DNA of 53,612 nucleotides. Origin: an uncultured Verrucomicrobiota bacterium (GTDB taxonomy: Bacteria; Verrucomicrobiota; Verrucomicrobiia; Limisphaerales; MWDV01). The notes below the pieces were generated by a model. It did not search any database. It was not told the origin of the DNA and saw nothing but the letters and a program-made list of their open reading frames with translations. The stretch lies in the NCBI GenBank assembly GCA_964371005.1, contig CAYJNU010000001.1:27104-80715 (forward strand), read 5' to 3'. Of the stretch, positions 8,694-17,417 are shown piece after piece. Each line of letters begins with the position of its first letter. Position 1 is the stretch's first letter. Both the position numbers and the translations under genes were made by a program.

Positions 8694-10381
8694 CGACTGA
8701 GTTACCAGCGCGTCCCGTTTGCTTGGCGTCGTTCTTTCTGCAACTTGATGCTGCGAATTGCCACTGGTGGAAGCAGTTACAGGCTAAACTGGCCCGGCAC
8801 GGGATGGATTTGGTTCTGCTCGGGACCACTCCGCCGTCGGACCCGGAGCTTCGCGTTATCGTCGTCCCATTCTGGCTGCACGAATATGCAGACGCATATG
8901 TCACTCCGGCAGCGCCCGTGATTCTAGAAGAACAACTGACCAACGTATTGATCACGCGAGACAACGCATGGGCCCTGCCGGAGCGTCGCAACCCAATTAA
9001 GTCCACAGCCGGACTGGGTGTATGCCAGCAGATAATGCGAAAGGTGCTTGATGGATTGCAGCCTTCAGCGGTTTTGGTCTGGGGCAACAGTCTGCCGCAA
9101 AGTTTCGTCCTTCAACAATTGGCCGTGCAACAGGGGCGGCCTTGTTGGGTGATCGAACGCGGGTTGTTGCCTGGGACACTCATGATGGAGATGGCAGGTC
9201 AGGGTGGCCAGTCAGAGTTAAATCTGAGTTTCACTCTGAGCCGCGCGCTGCAAGCATCTTGCGACAGCGACCTGTTTTTGTCGGCGCAGTCGGATTACCG
9301 CAGCCGCCGCGAGAGCAAATACGCGCAGGCTGAATTCCTGGACGCGGAGGCCTTTCGGAAGCAACACAACCCATCAGGCCGCAAGCTGGTCGCCTTGTTG
9401 CTCCAGCATGACGTCTCCAGTTGCCTCGTTCCCTGTGAATACCGGGGCGCTCAACTTCATTCTCCTGTTTTCGCCTCGTCCGAGGAGGCAATGCTCCGCC
9501 TCGCCACCGTCGCGCGCGAATTGGATTGCACCGTGCTGGCCAAGCCGCATCCCGTGGATCAAACGGACTACGCACACTGCCAGAACGATTATCTACGGGT
9601 GGTCCGCGACGTAAATCTTATGAGCATGGTGGAGGCGGCGGACGTGGTCGCAGCCATGACGAGCACCGCACAATTTGAGGCGCTGCTGTCAGAAAAACCG
9701 CTCCTCCTCTTGGCTCACAGTCCGTTGGCGAACAAAGGTGTAGCGTACGAAGTCAAAGAACTGGCGAACTTGGCCCCCACGCTACGCGCCGCGCTTGACC
9801 GCGACAATTTCGAATTTCGGCTGGTTAGAGCACGTGAGGTCCTGACCTTTATCCTCAAATACTATTCAATCGCCCTAACGGACAAGTCGTCTGCCAAAGC
9901 GACGTTGGGAGATCTCGCCGGTTTCCTCGCGCAGAATGCGCTCCCGCCTGCGGGTGAATCGTCCACCGAAATGCGATGCAGCGTCGTCGAGCGTTGCCTC
10001 GCTCAATGGAAAAAGATCGCCAACCCCGCGAGCCAAACTCCTCCTTCACAGCGAGCCGCCCCACCAACTTCTGCGGCGCCGCCATGCGCGGACCATTCAG
10101 GAGAATCCACGGAATCTTTGCAGCAGCGCGCGGCACAATTATGCACCGCGTCAGACTGGAAAAGAGCCGCGGAACTCTATCAGTCGCTCGGCAACCGCCG
10201 GCCCAATGACGTCGCCATCTGGTGGGGCCGCATCGAATGTGCGCGTCAGCAGGGTTATTCTGTGATGGCCGATTTGCTCTTGGAAGAGGCGTTGGAGACG
10301 CACCCTGAATGGGCCGCGCAGCTTCGTCGCCGCACAAAGACCGCTACCGCCACACTCCTGTCGGCGGGGGTCGCAACGTAA
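8690..10381 (+). CDS. Capsule-synthesis (KpsS/KpsC-like) family protein with a helical-repeat C-terminus; candidate CMP-sugar-dependent glycosyltransferase
   Basis: ATGA overlap with the cytidylyltransferase gene. 'VLAKPHPVDQ' (HP motif) followed by 'VVAAMTSTAQFEALLSEKPLLLLAHSPLANKG' resembles the conserved KpsS/KpsC blocks. The C-terminal approx. 90 aa look TPR-like ('AAELYQSLGNRRPNDVAIWWGRIECARQQG'). Confidence 0.5.
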   Translation: MTTELPARPVCLASFFLQLDAANCHWWKQLQAKLARHGMDLVLLGTTPPSDPELRVIVVPFWLHEYADAYVTPAAPVILEEQLTNVLITRDNAWALPERRNPIKSTAGLGVCQQIMRKVLDGLQPSAVLVWGNSLPQSFVLQQLAVQQGRPCWVIERGLLPGTLMMEMAGQGGQSELNLSFTLSRALQASCDSDLFLSAQSDYRSRRESKYAQAEFLDAEAFRKQHNPSGRKLVALLLQHDVSSCLVPCEYRGAQLHSPVFASSEEAMLRLATVARELDCTVLAKPHPVDQTDYAHCQNDYLRVVRDVNLMSMVEAADVVAAMTSTAQFEALLSEKPLLLLAHSPLANKGVAYEVKELANLAPTLRAALDRDNFEFRLVRAREVLTFILKYYSIALTDKSSAKATLGDLAGFLAQNALPPAGESSTEMRCSVVERCLAQWKKIANPASQTPPSQRAAPPTSAAPPCADHSGESTESLQQRAAQLCTASDWKRAAELYQSLGNRRPNDVAIWWGRIECARQQGYSVMADLLLEEALETHPEWAAQLRRRTKTATATLLSAGVAT

Positions 10382-10412
10382 CCAGACGAGACGACGGCCA
10401 ACCCTTTGAGAC

Positions 10413-13400
10413 ATGGACACGCCTGACTATCAAGCGAGGCTGCAACAGCAAATCGAGCAGTATCGGCATGTGGAGAACATGCATGACTTGCCCGCCATTT
10501 ATCACTATTGGTCCAACAAGTATCTGCGCCCGAACATCAAGGAGGTATTGGAAGTTGATTCCATCACCGAGTTTTACGCGGAGCATCTCCGGCGGGCGGC
10601 TCAAAAGCACAAAGGGCCTTATCGCTTCGCCAGCCTGGGCGCGGGTGATTGCCTGGTGGAGATTGACGTTGCCAAGAGTCTGCGCGCCGGCGGTTTGGCG
10701 GATTTCATCTTTGAATGCTTCGAGCTTTCACCAGTGCTGTTGGCACGCGCGCAAGCCTCCGCCAAGGCCGAGGGCTTGGAGAAGTGCATCCGCCTGGTTC
10801 CGACTGATCTGAACAAGTGGACGCCACGCCCGCAATCTTACACCGGCGTCATTGCCAATCATTCCCTCCACCACTTCGTTGATCTGGAGACGATCTTCGA
10901 CAACACGCACACCGCATTGCGGACCGACGGTGTGTTTGTAACCAACGACATGATCGGCCGCAACGGCCACATGCGCTGGCCGGAAGTCCTGCGCATGGTC
11001 GAGCCAATCTGGGCCACCCTGCCGAATCGCCTGAAATTCAACCAACAGCTTAAGTCGCTCGATGAATCATTCGTCAATCGCGACTGTTCCCTGGAAGGCT
11101 TTGAAGGCATCCGCGCCCAGGACATTCTGCCTTTGTTGGTGACGCGTTTCGAATTCAGTCACTTTCTCGCGTTCGGCGGGTTGATTGACGTGTTCATTGA
11201 TCGCGGCTACGGCCACAACTTCGATCCGGCCGACGAAAAAGACTTGGCCTTGATTGATTCCATTGCACAGCAAAATGACGCGGCTCTGGCTCAAGGCACC
11301 CTCAAGCCCACCATGTTGCTTGCCGTGATGACTCCCGGTCAGGTCGCCCAGCCAAAGTGCCATCAGGGTCTCACCCCGGAGTTCTCCGTGCGACCGCCCT
11401 CAATCATTGAACTCAATGTGACGCCCATTCCCAAAGTCTCCATCGTCATCCCTGTCCTGAACAAGGTGGATTTCACTCGCAAATGCCTTGACGCACTGCG
11501 CCGGCACACGCCGGCAGGACAATACGAGGTGGTCGTATGGGACAATGGCTCCACGGACGGCACGAAGACTTTCCTCGAAAAGCAATGTGCGGTTGATCCG
11601 GTCGTACGTTACTTCCGCAGCGAGGAAAACCTCGGCTTCGTCGGCGGGAACAACGCGGCCGTGCAACACGCACGCGGCGAATTCCTCGTCTTCCTCAACA
11701 ACGACACCGAACCGCAACCGGGCTGGCTGGAAGCACTCCTGCAAACGGCGGAGTCTGATTCCTCCGTCGGCGCCGTCGGCGCCAAATTGATTTATCCGGA
11801 CGGCAAACTCCAGGAAGCCGGTGGCATCATCTTCCGCGACGCGTCGGGCTGGAACTATGGCCGCACGCAGGACCCACGTGACCCGCGGTTCAATTTCCCA
11901 CGCGAGGTGGATTACTGTTCCGCGGCTTGTCTGCTCGTGCGGACGGCACTCTTCCGGCAATTGGGCGGGTTCGACGTTCGTTACTCACCCGCTTACTACG
12001 AGGACACCGACCTCTGCTTTGCGCTGCGCCATAACGGCTATCGCGTCATTTATCAGCCGCGCTGCGAAATCATCCACCACGAGGGCGCGACAGCCGGCCA
12101 GGACTTGACCAAGGGCTTCAAGCAGTATCAGGTCGCCAACCGCCAGAAGTTCACGGAGAAGTGGAAAGAAGCGCTCGGCCGCCAGCACGTGCCCGATGCG
12201 AACCTGGTGCGTCGGGCCAGCCACCGCGCGCGGGGGCAGCGGATTCTCGTCATTGATCCGCTCTTGCCCATGTACGATCGCGCGTCCGGCTCGCGGCGGC
12301 TGTTCGAGATGCTGAAGATTCTCGCCGCTGGCGGCAACGCCGTGACGTTCATCGCGCGCAATGGTCAAGGGGGGGAACGTTACGCGACGGAACTTCAGGC
12401 GCTGGGTATCGAAGTATATGCGGGTGATGCGGAACGCATGAAGGAATGTGGCTTCGCGGTTAAATGCTGGCCGCTCGATTTGCCGAAGCTGCTGCGCGAA
12501 TCGCAATACGAAACGATCATCCTCAGCTTCTGGTACGTCGCGGAACAATATCTTTCCCGCCTCCGCGCCTGGTCGCCGAAATCACGCGTGGTGGTTGACA
12601 CGGTGGACGTACATTTCCTCCGCGAGCGTCGCCAAGCTGAGCTGTATCAAGACCACGAGCTCTTGCTCCGGGCGCTGGACACGTACCGGCGCGAGTTGAA
12701 CGTCTATCGTCAGGCTGACGCACTGATCACGGTCACCGAGGACGACCGGCAGGCTTTGCTGAAGGAAATCCCGCAGAGTTGCATCTTCGTGGTACCCAAT
12801 ATCCACGAAGTAGCTGCGGACATTCCGCCCGTGGACCATCGCAACGGCTTGCTCTTCGTCGGGGGCTTCGGCCATCCGCCGAACGAGGACGCTGTCCTCC
12901 ATTTCCACCGTGAAATCTGGCCGCGCATTCGACAGCGCGTGCCTGACGCCCGCTGGACGATCGTCGGCAACAAACCGCCCGCCGCGGTGCAAGCGCTGGC
13001 TGGGCCAGCCATTGAGGTCACCGGCTACGTCCCAAGCATGGAGCCTTATCTGCGTTCGCATTTGGTTTCCGTTGCGCCACTGCGGTACGGCGCAGGGATG
13101 AAGGGCAAGATTGGCGAGGCGCTCGCGAACGGCCTGCCGGTGGTGACCACCCGCATCGGCGCCGAGGGCATGGGCTTGGAAGACGGCAAGGGCGGCACGC
13201 TGGTTGGCGATGATCCCGAAGCCTTTGCCGATCACGTCGCGCGGCTTTACACCGATCGCGGTCTATGGACCCAGCTTTCCGCCCAAGGTCGCCAGCACAT
13301 TGAATCCCACTTCACCCCGCAGTGCATCGCGCGCCAACTGGAGACGCTGCTGGATTGGAGCAGTTCGTTCTGCTCCATCATCGTGCTCGCGCTGAATCAG

Positions 13401-16214
13401 TGGGAACACACCGAGAAGTGTCTCGCCAGCCTCGCCCGCCACACCCCCGAACCGCACGAAGTGATCCTCGTGGACAACGGCTCGACAGACAAAACGCCCG
13501 AAGCGTTGCGCGTGATGGCCGTCAAGAATCAGCGCGTCCGCGTAATCTTCAATCGCGAGAATCGCGGTTTTGCCGCCGGTAACAATCAGGCTCTCGCCAT
13601 CGCGCGCGGCGACGTCGTCGTGCTCCTTAACAACGATACGGTTGTCACTCCGGGTTGGCTCGGGCGCATGCTTGACGTGCTCAAGCGGCATCCGGACACG
13701 GGCGTCGTCGGTCCGATGTCCAACCACGTTTCCGGCCCGCAACGCGTCAGCGATGTCAGTTACACGGACTTGGCCGGCCTACCCGCGTTCACCGAAAGCT
13801 GGGCCGCTGCGCATGATGAACAAGCATTTGAAGTCGGACGCGCCGTGGGCTTCTGCCTGCTCGCGCGGCGCGAGGTCATCGAGCGCATCGGCGGGCTCGA
13901 CGAGCGCTTTGGCAGCGGCAATTTCGAGGATGACGACTTTTGCATCCGCGCGCGGCTTGCCGGTTGGCGCATCCGGATCGCGAAAGATTCCTTCGTTCAC
14001 CACACGGGTAGCCAGACGTTCAAGGGCGCGAAGATTGACTATCGCTCAGCGATGCTGCGCAACTGGGAGTTGTTTCGGACGAAGTGGCAGTTACCCGCCG
14101 ATGTGGTGTTGGAGCAGGGTTATCCACTTCCGCAACGCCTGCCCGCCGGTGTGCCCCTCAACGCTCCCCTCTCCGCGCTCGAACTGACTCACACGATTAC
14201 CAGCGACCGCATCTGGTCGCAGCGCTCGCCGGCTGCCGCGCGCACGTTATCGGAGGATGAACTCCCGCCTGCGGCAAAAGTCGGCCGACTGGATGATGCT
14301 CGCGATCTGTTTGGCCGCCGCAATTATGCTGACGCGTGGCGAGCGGCCGTGATTGCTCTGCAAGCGCGCCCGTTCCATCCCGAAGCCTGCCTCCTGCTCG
14401 CGGAAATCGCCCTGGCCGCCGGCGACGCCGCCACGGCGCGGCTTTGCGCTCAGCGCGCCACCGAGTTCGCCCCGCACTGGAAGGCCGGGCGACAGTTCTT
14501 GAAGCAGCCGCTCAGAGGCGATGCGAAGCCCGAATGGCTGGCGCTGCCCGAGCAAATCCGAAATCCGAAATCCGCGACCCGGCATCGGTTGACCGTAGGC
14601 GTGCTCACAAAGAATGAGGAACGCTTCATCGCCCAGTGTCTGAACTCGGTGAAGGGCGTCGCCGACCAGATCATTGTCCTCGACACGGGTTCATCCGATC
14701 GCACGATCGAGATTGCGAAATCGCTCGGTGCGGAGGTTCATTCCACGACTTGGAACGACGACTTCAGCGCGCCGCGCAATCTGATTCTGGAGCACGCCAC
14801 CGGGGATTGGATTCTAATGCTCGACGCCGACGAAGAACTGCCCGCCGACCAGCACGCAGCACTGCGCGCGGACTTGCGCAAGCCCGAGGCCATTGCCTGC
14901 CGCGTGCCGTTGGTGAACCGCGGCCAGGAAGCCGAGGGTCAGAGTTTCATTCCGCGCCTGTTTCGCAACGCGCCCGGCGCGCACTACTACGGTCGCATTC
15001 ACGAGCAGGTGTTTCCCAGCCTGCTGCCGCTGTGCAAGAAGTTCGGACTCGACACGGCGCTTGGCACGGCCCGTCTGCTGCATCACGGCTACACGAAGGA
15101 ACTGGTCCGGGATCGCAACAAGATCGAGCGCAACCTGAATCTGCTTCGTCTTGCGATCGCCGAGCGGCCCGACGAACCCAATCTGATGATGAACCTCGGC
15201 CTCGAACTCGTGCGCTCCGGCGATCTCGATGCCGGCATTGTGCATTACCGCGACGCGTTCCGCCTGATGTCCGCGCAAAAGCCCGCCGAAGTCGTGCCCG
15301 AGTTGCGTGAAGTATTGCTGACGCAGTTCACGTCCCATCTTTACAAGGTGCGGGCGCATGACACCGTGGTGCAGGTACTGACCTCGCCGCTCGCGAAAGT
15401 CGGCAGCGGGTTGACCGCCTCCATGCACTTTGCCCTGGGCCTGTCGAGTTTCGAGTTGAAGGATTACCGGCAGGCGGTCGACAACATGCGCCAGTGTCTG
15501 GCGAAATTGAAGCAACCGGCACTCTCGCCCATCAACACGGATATCCTGACGGCCGCGCCGCATCATTGCCTGGCGTTGGCGCTCGCGAAGCTCAACGATG
15601 TGGCAGGCGCGGAGAAGGCCTTTCAAGCCGGGCTCGCCATGACCTCGCGGACGGAGGACATGCAGGTGGATTACGCTCGTTTCCTGATGGCGCAACAGCG
15701 GCCCGTGGAAGCCCTGCAAAGCCTGAATGAAGTGGTCCAGCGCAACGCCACCCACTCCTCGGCGTGGCGGTTGGGCGGCGAGATTGGCCTGAGCCAGCCG
15801 GAGTATCTGGAATTCGCGCGTGATTGGACTGCCGAAGCAGTGCGACAATTACCGAACGACTTGGCGGTGGTGGCTCAACGCGCCGAGGCGTTGATGCTCA
15901 GTCGGGAGCCCCGCGAGGCGCGCCCGCTTTGGGAACGCGCCTGCAACGGGGCGCGTCCGCCGCGCGCCGTCGCGGCGGCCATCCTATGCGCAACCCTCGA
16001 GGCGCAGCCGGGGCTGTCCCCGCAAAACGCCGCCGAAGAGGTGAATGTGAGCCGCGCGTTTGTGGATTGGTATCGGCGGCTGGTCACCTTCCAGGCGCTG
16101 GAAACCGTGGTTCAACTGAACGGTCGCGTCGGCCTGCTGCGGGAAACGCTGCCGGGCGCCGCCCGCGTGATCGAAACCGTCGTCGCGGCGGCCGATGCCG
16201 CCCAGCCGGGCTGA
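10413..16214 (+). CDS. 1933-aa multidomain glycan-modifying enzyme: class I SAM methyltransferase, GT2, GT4 (GT-B), GT2, TPR, GT2, TPR
   Basis: MT: 'FASLGAGDCLVEID...VIANHSLHHF'. GT2-A: 'VSIVIPVLNKVDFTRKCL...VVVWDNGSTDGT...FLNNDT'. GT4: 'RILVIDPLLP...GAGMKGKIGEALANGLPVVTT'. GT2-B: 'IIVLALNQWEHTEKCL...ILVDNGSTDKT...LLNNDT...FEDDDFC'. GT2-C: 'LTVGVLTKNEERFIAQCL...VLDTGSSDRT...MLDADEEL'. There are TPR-like stretches between and after the domains. Confidence 0.85.
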   Translation: MDTPDYQARLQQQIEQYRHVENMHDLPAIYHYWSNKYLRPNIKEVLEVDSITEFYAEHLRRAAQKHKGPYRFASLGAGDCLVEIDVAKSLRAGGLADFIFECFELSPVLLARAQASAKAEGLEKCIRLVPTDLNKWTPRPQSYTGVIANHSLHHFVDLETIFDNTHTALRTDGVFVTNDMIGRNGHMRWPEVLRMVEPIWATLPNRLKFNQQLKSLDESFVNRDCSLEGFEGIRAQDILPLLVTRFEFSHFLAFGGLIDVFIDRGYGHNFDPADEKDLALIDSIAQQNDAALAQGTLKPTMLLAVMTPGQVAQPKCHQGLTPEFSVRPPSIIELNVTPIPKVSIVIPVLNKVDFTRKCLDALRRHTPAGQYEVVVWDNGSTDGTKTFLEKQCAVDPVVRYFRSEENLGFVGGNNAAVQHARGEFLVFLNNDTEPQPGWLEALLQTAESDSSVGAVGAKLIYPDGKLQEAGGIIFRDASGWNYGRTQDPRDPRFNFPREVDYCSAACLLVRTALFRQLGGFDVRYSPAYYEDTDLCFALRHNGYRVIYQPRCEIIHHEGATAGQDLTKGFKQYQVANRQKFTEKWKEALGRQHVPDANLVRRASHRARGQRILVIDPLLPMYDRASGSRRLFEMLKILAAGGNAVTFIARNGQGGERYATELQALGIEVYAGDAERMKECGFAVKCWPLDLPKLLRESQYETIILSFWYVAEQYLSRLRAWSPKSRVVVDTVDVHFLRERRQAELYQDHELLLRALDTYRRELNVYRQADALITVTEDDRQALLKEIPQSCIFVVPNIHEVAADIPPVDHRNGLLFVGGFGHPPNEDAVLHFHREIWPRIRQRVPDARWTIVGNKPPAAVQALAGPAIEVTGYVPSMEPYLRSHLVSVAPLRYGAGMKGKIGEALANGLPVVTTRIGAEGMGLEDGKGGTLVGDDPEAFADHVARLYTDRGLWTQLSAQGRQHIESHFTPQCIARQLETLLDWSSSFCSIIVLALNQWEHTEKCLASLARHTPEPHEVILVDNGSTDKTPEALRVMAVKNQRVRVIFNRENRGFAAGNNQALAIARGDVVVLLNNDTVVTPGWLGRMLDVLKRHPDTGVVGPMSNHVSGPQRVSDVSYTDLAGLPAFTESWAAAHDEQAFEVGRAVGFCLLARREVIERIGGLDERFGSGNFEDDDFCIRARLAGWRIRIAKDSFVHHTGSQTFKGAKIDYRSAMLRNWELFRTKWQLPADVVLEQGYPLPQRLPAGVPLNAPLSALELTHTITSDRIWSQRSPAAARTLSEDELPPAAKVGRLDDARDLFGRRNYADAWRAAVIALQARPFHPEACLLLAEIALAAGDAATARLCAQRATEFAPHWKAGRQFLKQPLRGDAKPEWLALPEQIRNPKSATRHRLTVGVLTKNEERFIAQCLNSVKGVADQIIVLDTGSSDRTIEIAKSLGAEVHSTTWNDDFSAPRNLILEHATGDWILMLDADEELPADQHAALRADLRKPEAIACRVPLVNRGQEAEGQSFIPRLFRNAPGAHYYGRIHEQVFPSLLPLCKKFGLDTALGTARLLHHGYTKELVRDRNKIERNLNLLRLAIAERPDEPNLMMNLGLELVRSGDLDAGIVHYRDAFRLMSAQKPAEVVPELREVLLTQFTSHLYKVRAHDTVVQVLTSPLAKVGSGLTASMHFALGLSSFELKDYRQAVDNMRQCLAKLKQPALSPINTDILTAAPHHCLALALAKLNDVAGAEKAFQAGLAMTSRTEDMQVDYARFLMAQQRPVEALQSLNEVVQRNATHSSAWRLGGEIGLSQPEYLEFARDWTAEAVRQLPNDLAVVAQRAEALMLSREPREARPLWERACNGARPPRAVAAAILCATLEAQPGLSPQNAAEEVNVSRAFVDWYRRLVTFQALETVVQLNGRVGLLRETLPGAARVIETVVAAADAAQPG

Positions 16215-16225
16215 GTCCCTGAACC

Positions 16226-16302
16226 GGAGTGCGCCCGTCCTCGGGCGCAGCAACCCGGCTCGCACCCCAGGACGTTGCTGCGCCCGAGGACAGGCGCACT
16301 CC
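16226..16302. repeat. 29-bp inverted repeat (1 mismatch, 19-nt spacer) between convergent genes; palindromic element or bidirectional terminator
   Basis: GGAGTGCGCCCGTCCTCGGGCGCAGCAAC (16226-16254) versus GTTGCTGCGCCCGAGGACAGGCGCACTCC (16274-16302). It starts 12 nt after the stop of the 1933-aa gene. Confidence 0.65.
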
Positions 16303-16494
16303 GGGAGCTTCATGGATGCGGCTACCGCCGCGAGGAATTCCTAGAGTTGACCATCAAGCGACTTTGTCTGCCCGAGCACGTGCTCCGGCTGGTGGATAGC
16401 CTCGACGAGGTTCGCCACGCCCGCGCCGACCAGGGACCGCGCCGACCGACCCTGGCCGCCCGGAGGAGGCAATCTGCCCGGAAGCAGAAACAAA

Positions 16495-17322
16495 TCAGAA
16501 GAAAGGATTGTGCGCCTGCTCCTCCGCCACCATCGTCAACGGACCGTGGCCGGGACACAGCAATGTGTCCGGCGGCAGCGTCAGGATTTGCTCGCGCACC
16601 TTCTGACAAGCCAGTTCCCACGACTGGTTGCCGCGCCCAATCGAGCCGGCGAAAAGCGCGTCGCCCACGATTGCGACATGCGGTGCGTCTGCCGGCCAGT
16701 TGTGAACGATGTAAGTCACGCCGTCCTCGGAGTGGCCCGGCGTCTCGCGATGCGTGATCCGCAGGCTGCCCAACTGCACGCATTCGCCGGGCTTGGTGCG
16801 CTGGTCCGTCGGCGCACTCCGCGCGTTCGTGTGTAGCCGCACTTTCGGAAATGCCGCCCGCACGTCGTCCACGGCCGCCACGTGATCGTGATGGCCGTGG
16901 GTGATAAACAGGTGACGGAGCAGGAGCTGGTTTGCCTCGATCTCGGCGAGCGCATCTCGGACGTTCCAACCGGTGTCGAACAGCGCCGCGTCCCGCGTCA
17001 CCTCATCCCAGAGCAAGTAACAGTTCACCGCCATGCCGCCATCGGCAGTCGTGAACACGCGCAGTTCCCGCCACGTGCTCAGGTCCTTTTCCGACGGCAA
17101 CCAGCCATCTGCGATGCCCTCCAGTTTGGCGGCGTGCAAACCGAGCAAGCCTGCCAATGCCGGTAGATTCGGGCGCTTCCCGATCACGCCGAAGGTTTCC
17201 AGGGCAGCCAGCTCCGGCTCGCTCAAACCGGCGGCCTTCGCGGCGTCGGCTGCCGAAACGCCAGTCATGGCGCGTGCCTTGCGGATGATGTCGCCCAGAT
17301 GGTCTTCGAGATTCATGTTCAA
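16495..17322 (-). CDS. MBL-fold metallo-hydrolase (glyoxalase II-like) with an N-terminal HTH-like domain
   Basis: 'FITHGHHDH' (HxHxDH) and the later 'TPGHS' and 'CPGHG' are metal-ligand blocks. The N-terminal 'LGDIIRKARAMTGVSAADAAKAAGLSEPELAALE' looks like an XRE-type HTH. Confidence 0.8.
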   Translation of the reverse strand: MNMNLEDHLGDIIRKARAMTGVSAADAAKAAGLSEPELAALETFGVIGKRPNLPALAGLLGLHAAKLEGIADGWLPSEKDLSTWRELRVFTTADGGMAVNCYLLWDEVTRDAALFDTGWNVRDALAEIEANQLLLRHLFITHGHHDHVAAVDDVRAAFPKVRLHTNARSAPTDQRTKPGECVQLGSLRITHRETPGHSEDGVTYIVHNWPADAPHVAIVGDALFAGSIGRGNQSWELACQKVREQILTLPPDTLLCPGHGPLTMVAEEQAHNPFF

Positions 17323-17417
17323 ACGGTAGTCAGACGGAGGCGGGGCGCAAGTTGCCGGTTGCAGGTTTCAGTCGCCAAGCCAGCACCTTTCACTGGCGCC
17401 GGCTCGAATTACATCGG

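Noticed and set aside
16275-16757. 160-aa + strand ORF starting in the palindromic element and running antisense into the MBL gene. Its first part ('LTIKRLCLPEHVLRLVDSLDEV') briefly looked like a small RHH/antitoxin-like protein
   Set aside because: There is no stop codon before it enters the antisense MBL coding region, no partner toxin gene and no RBS. Most of the ORF is Arg/Pro-rich antisense translation.
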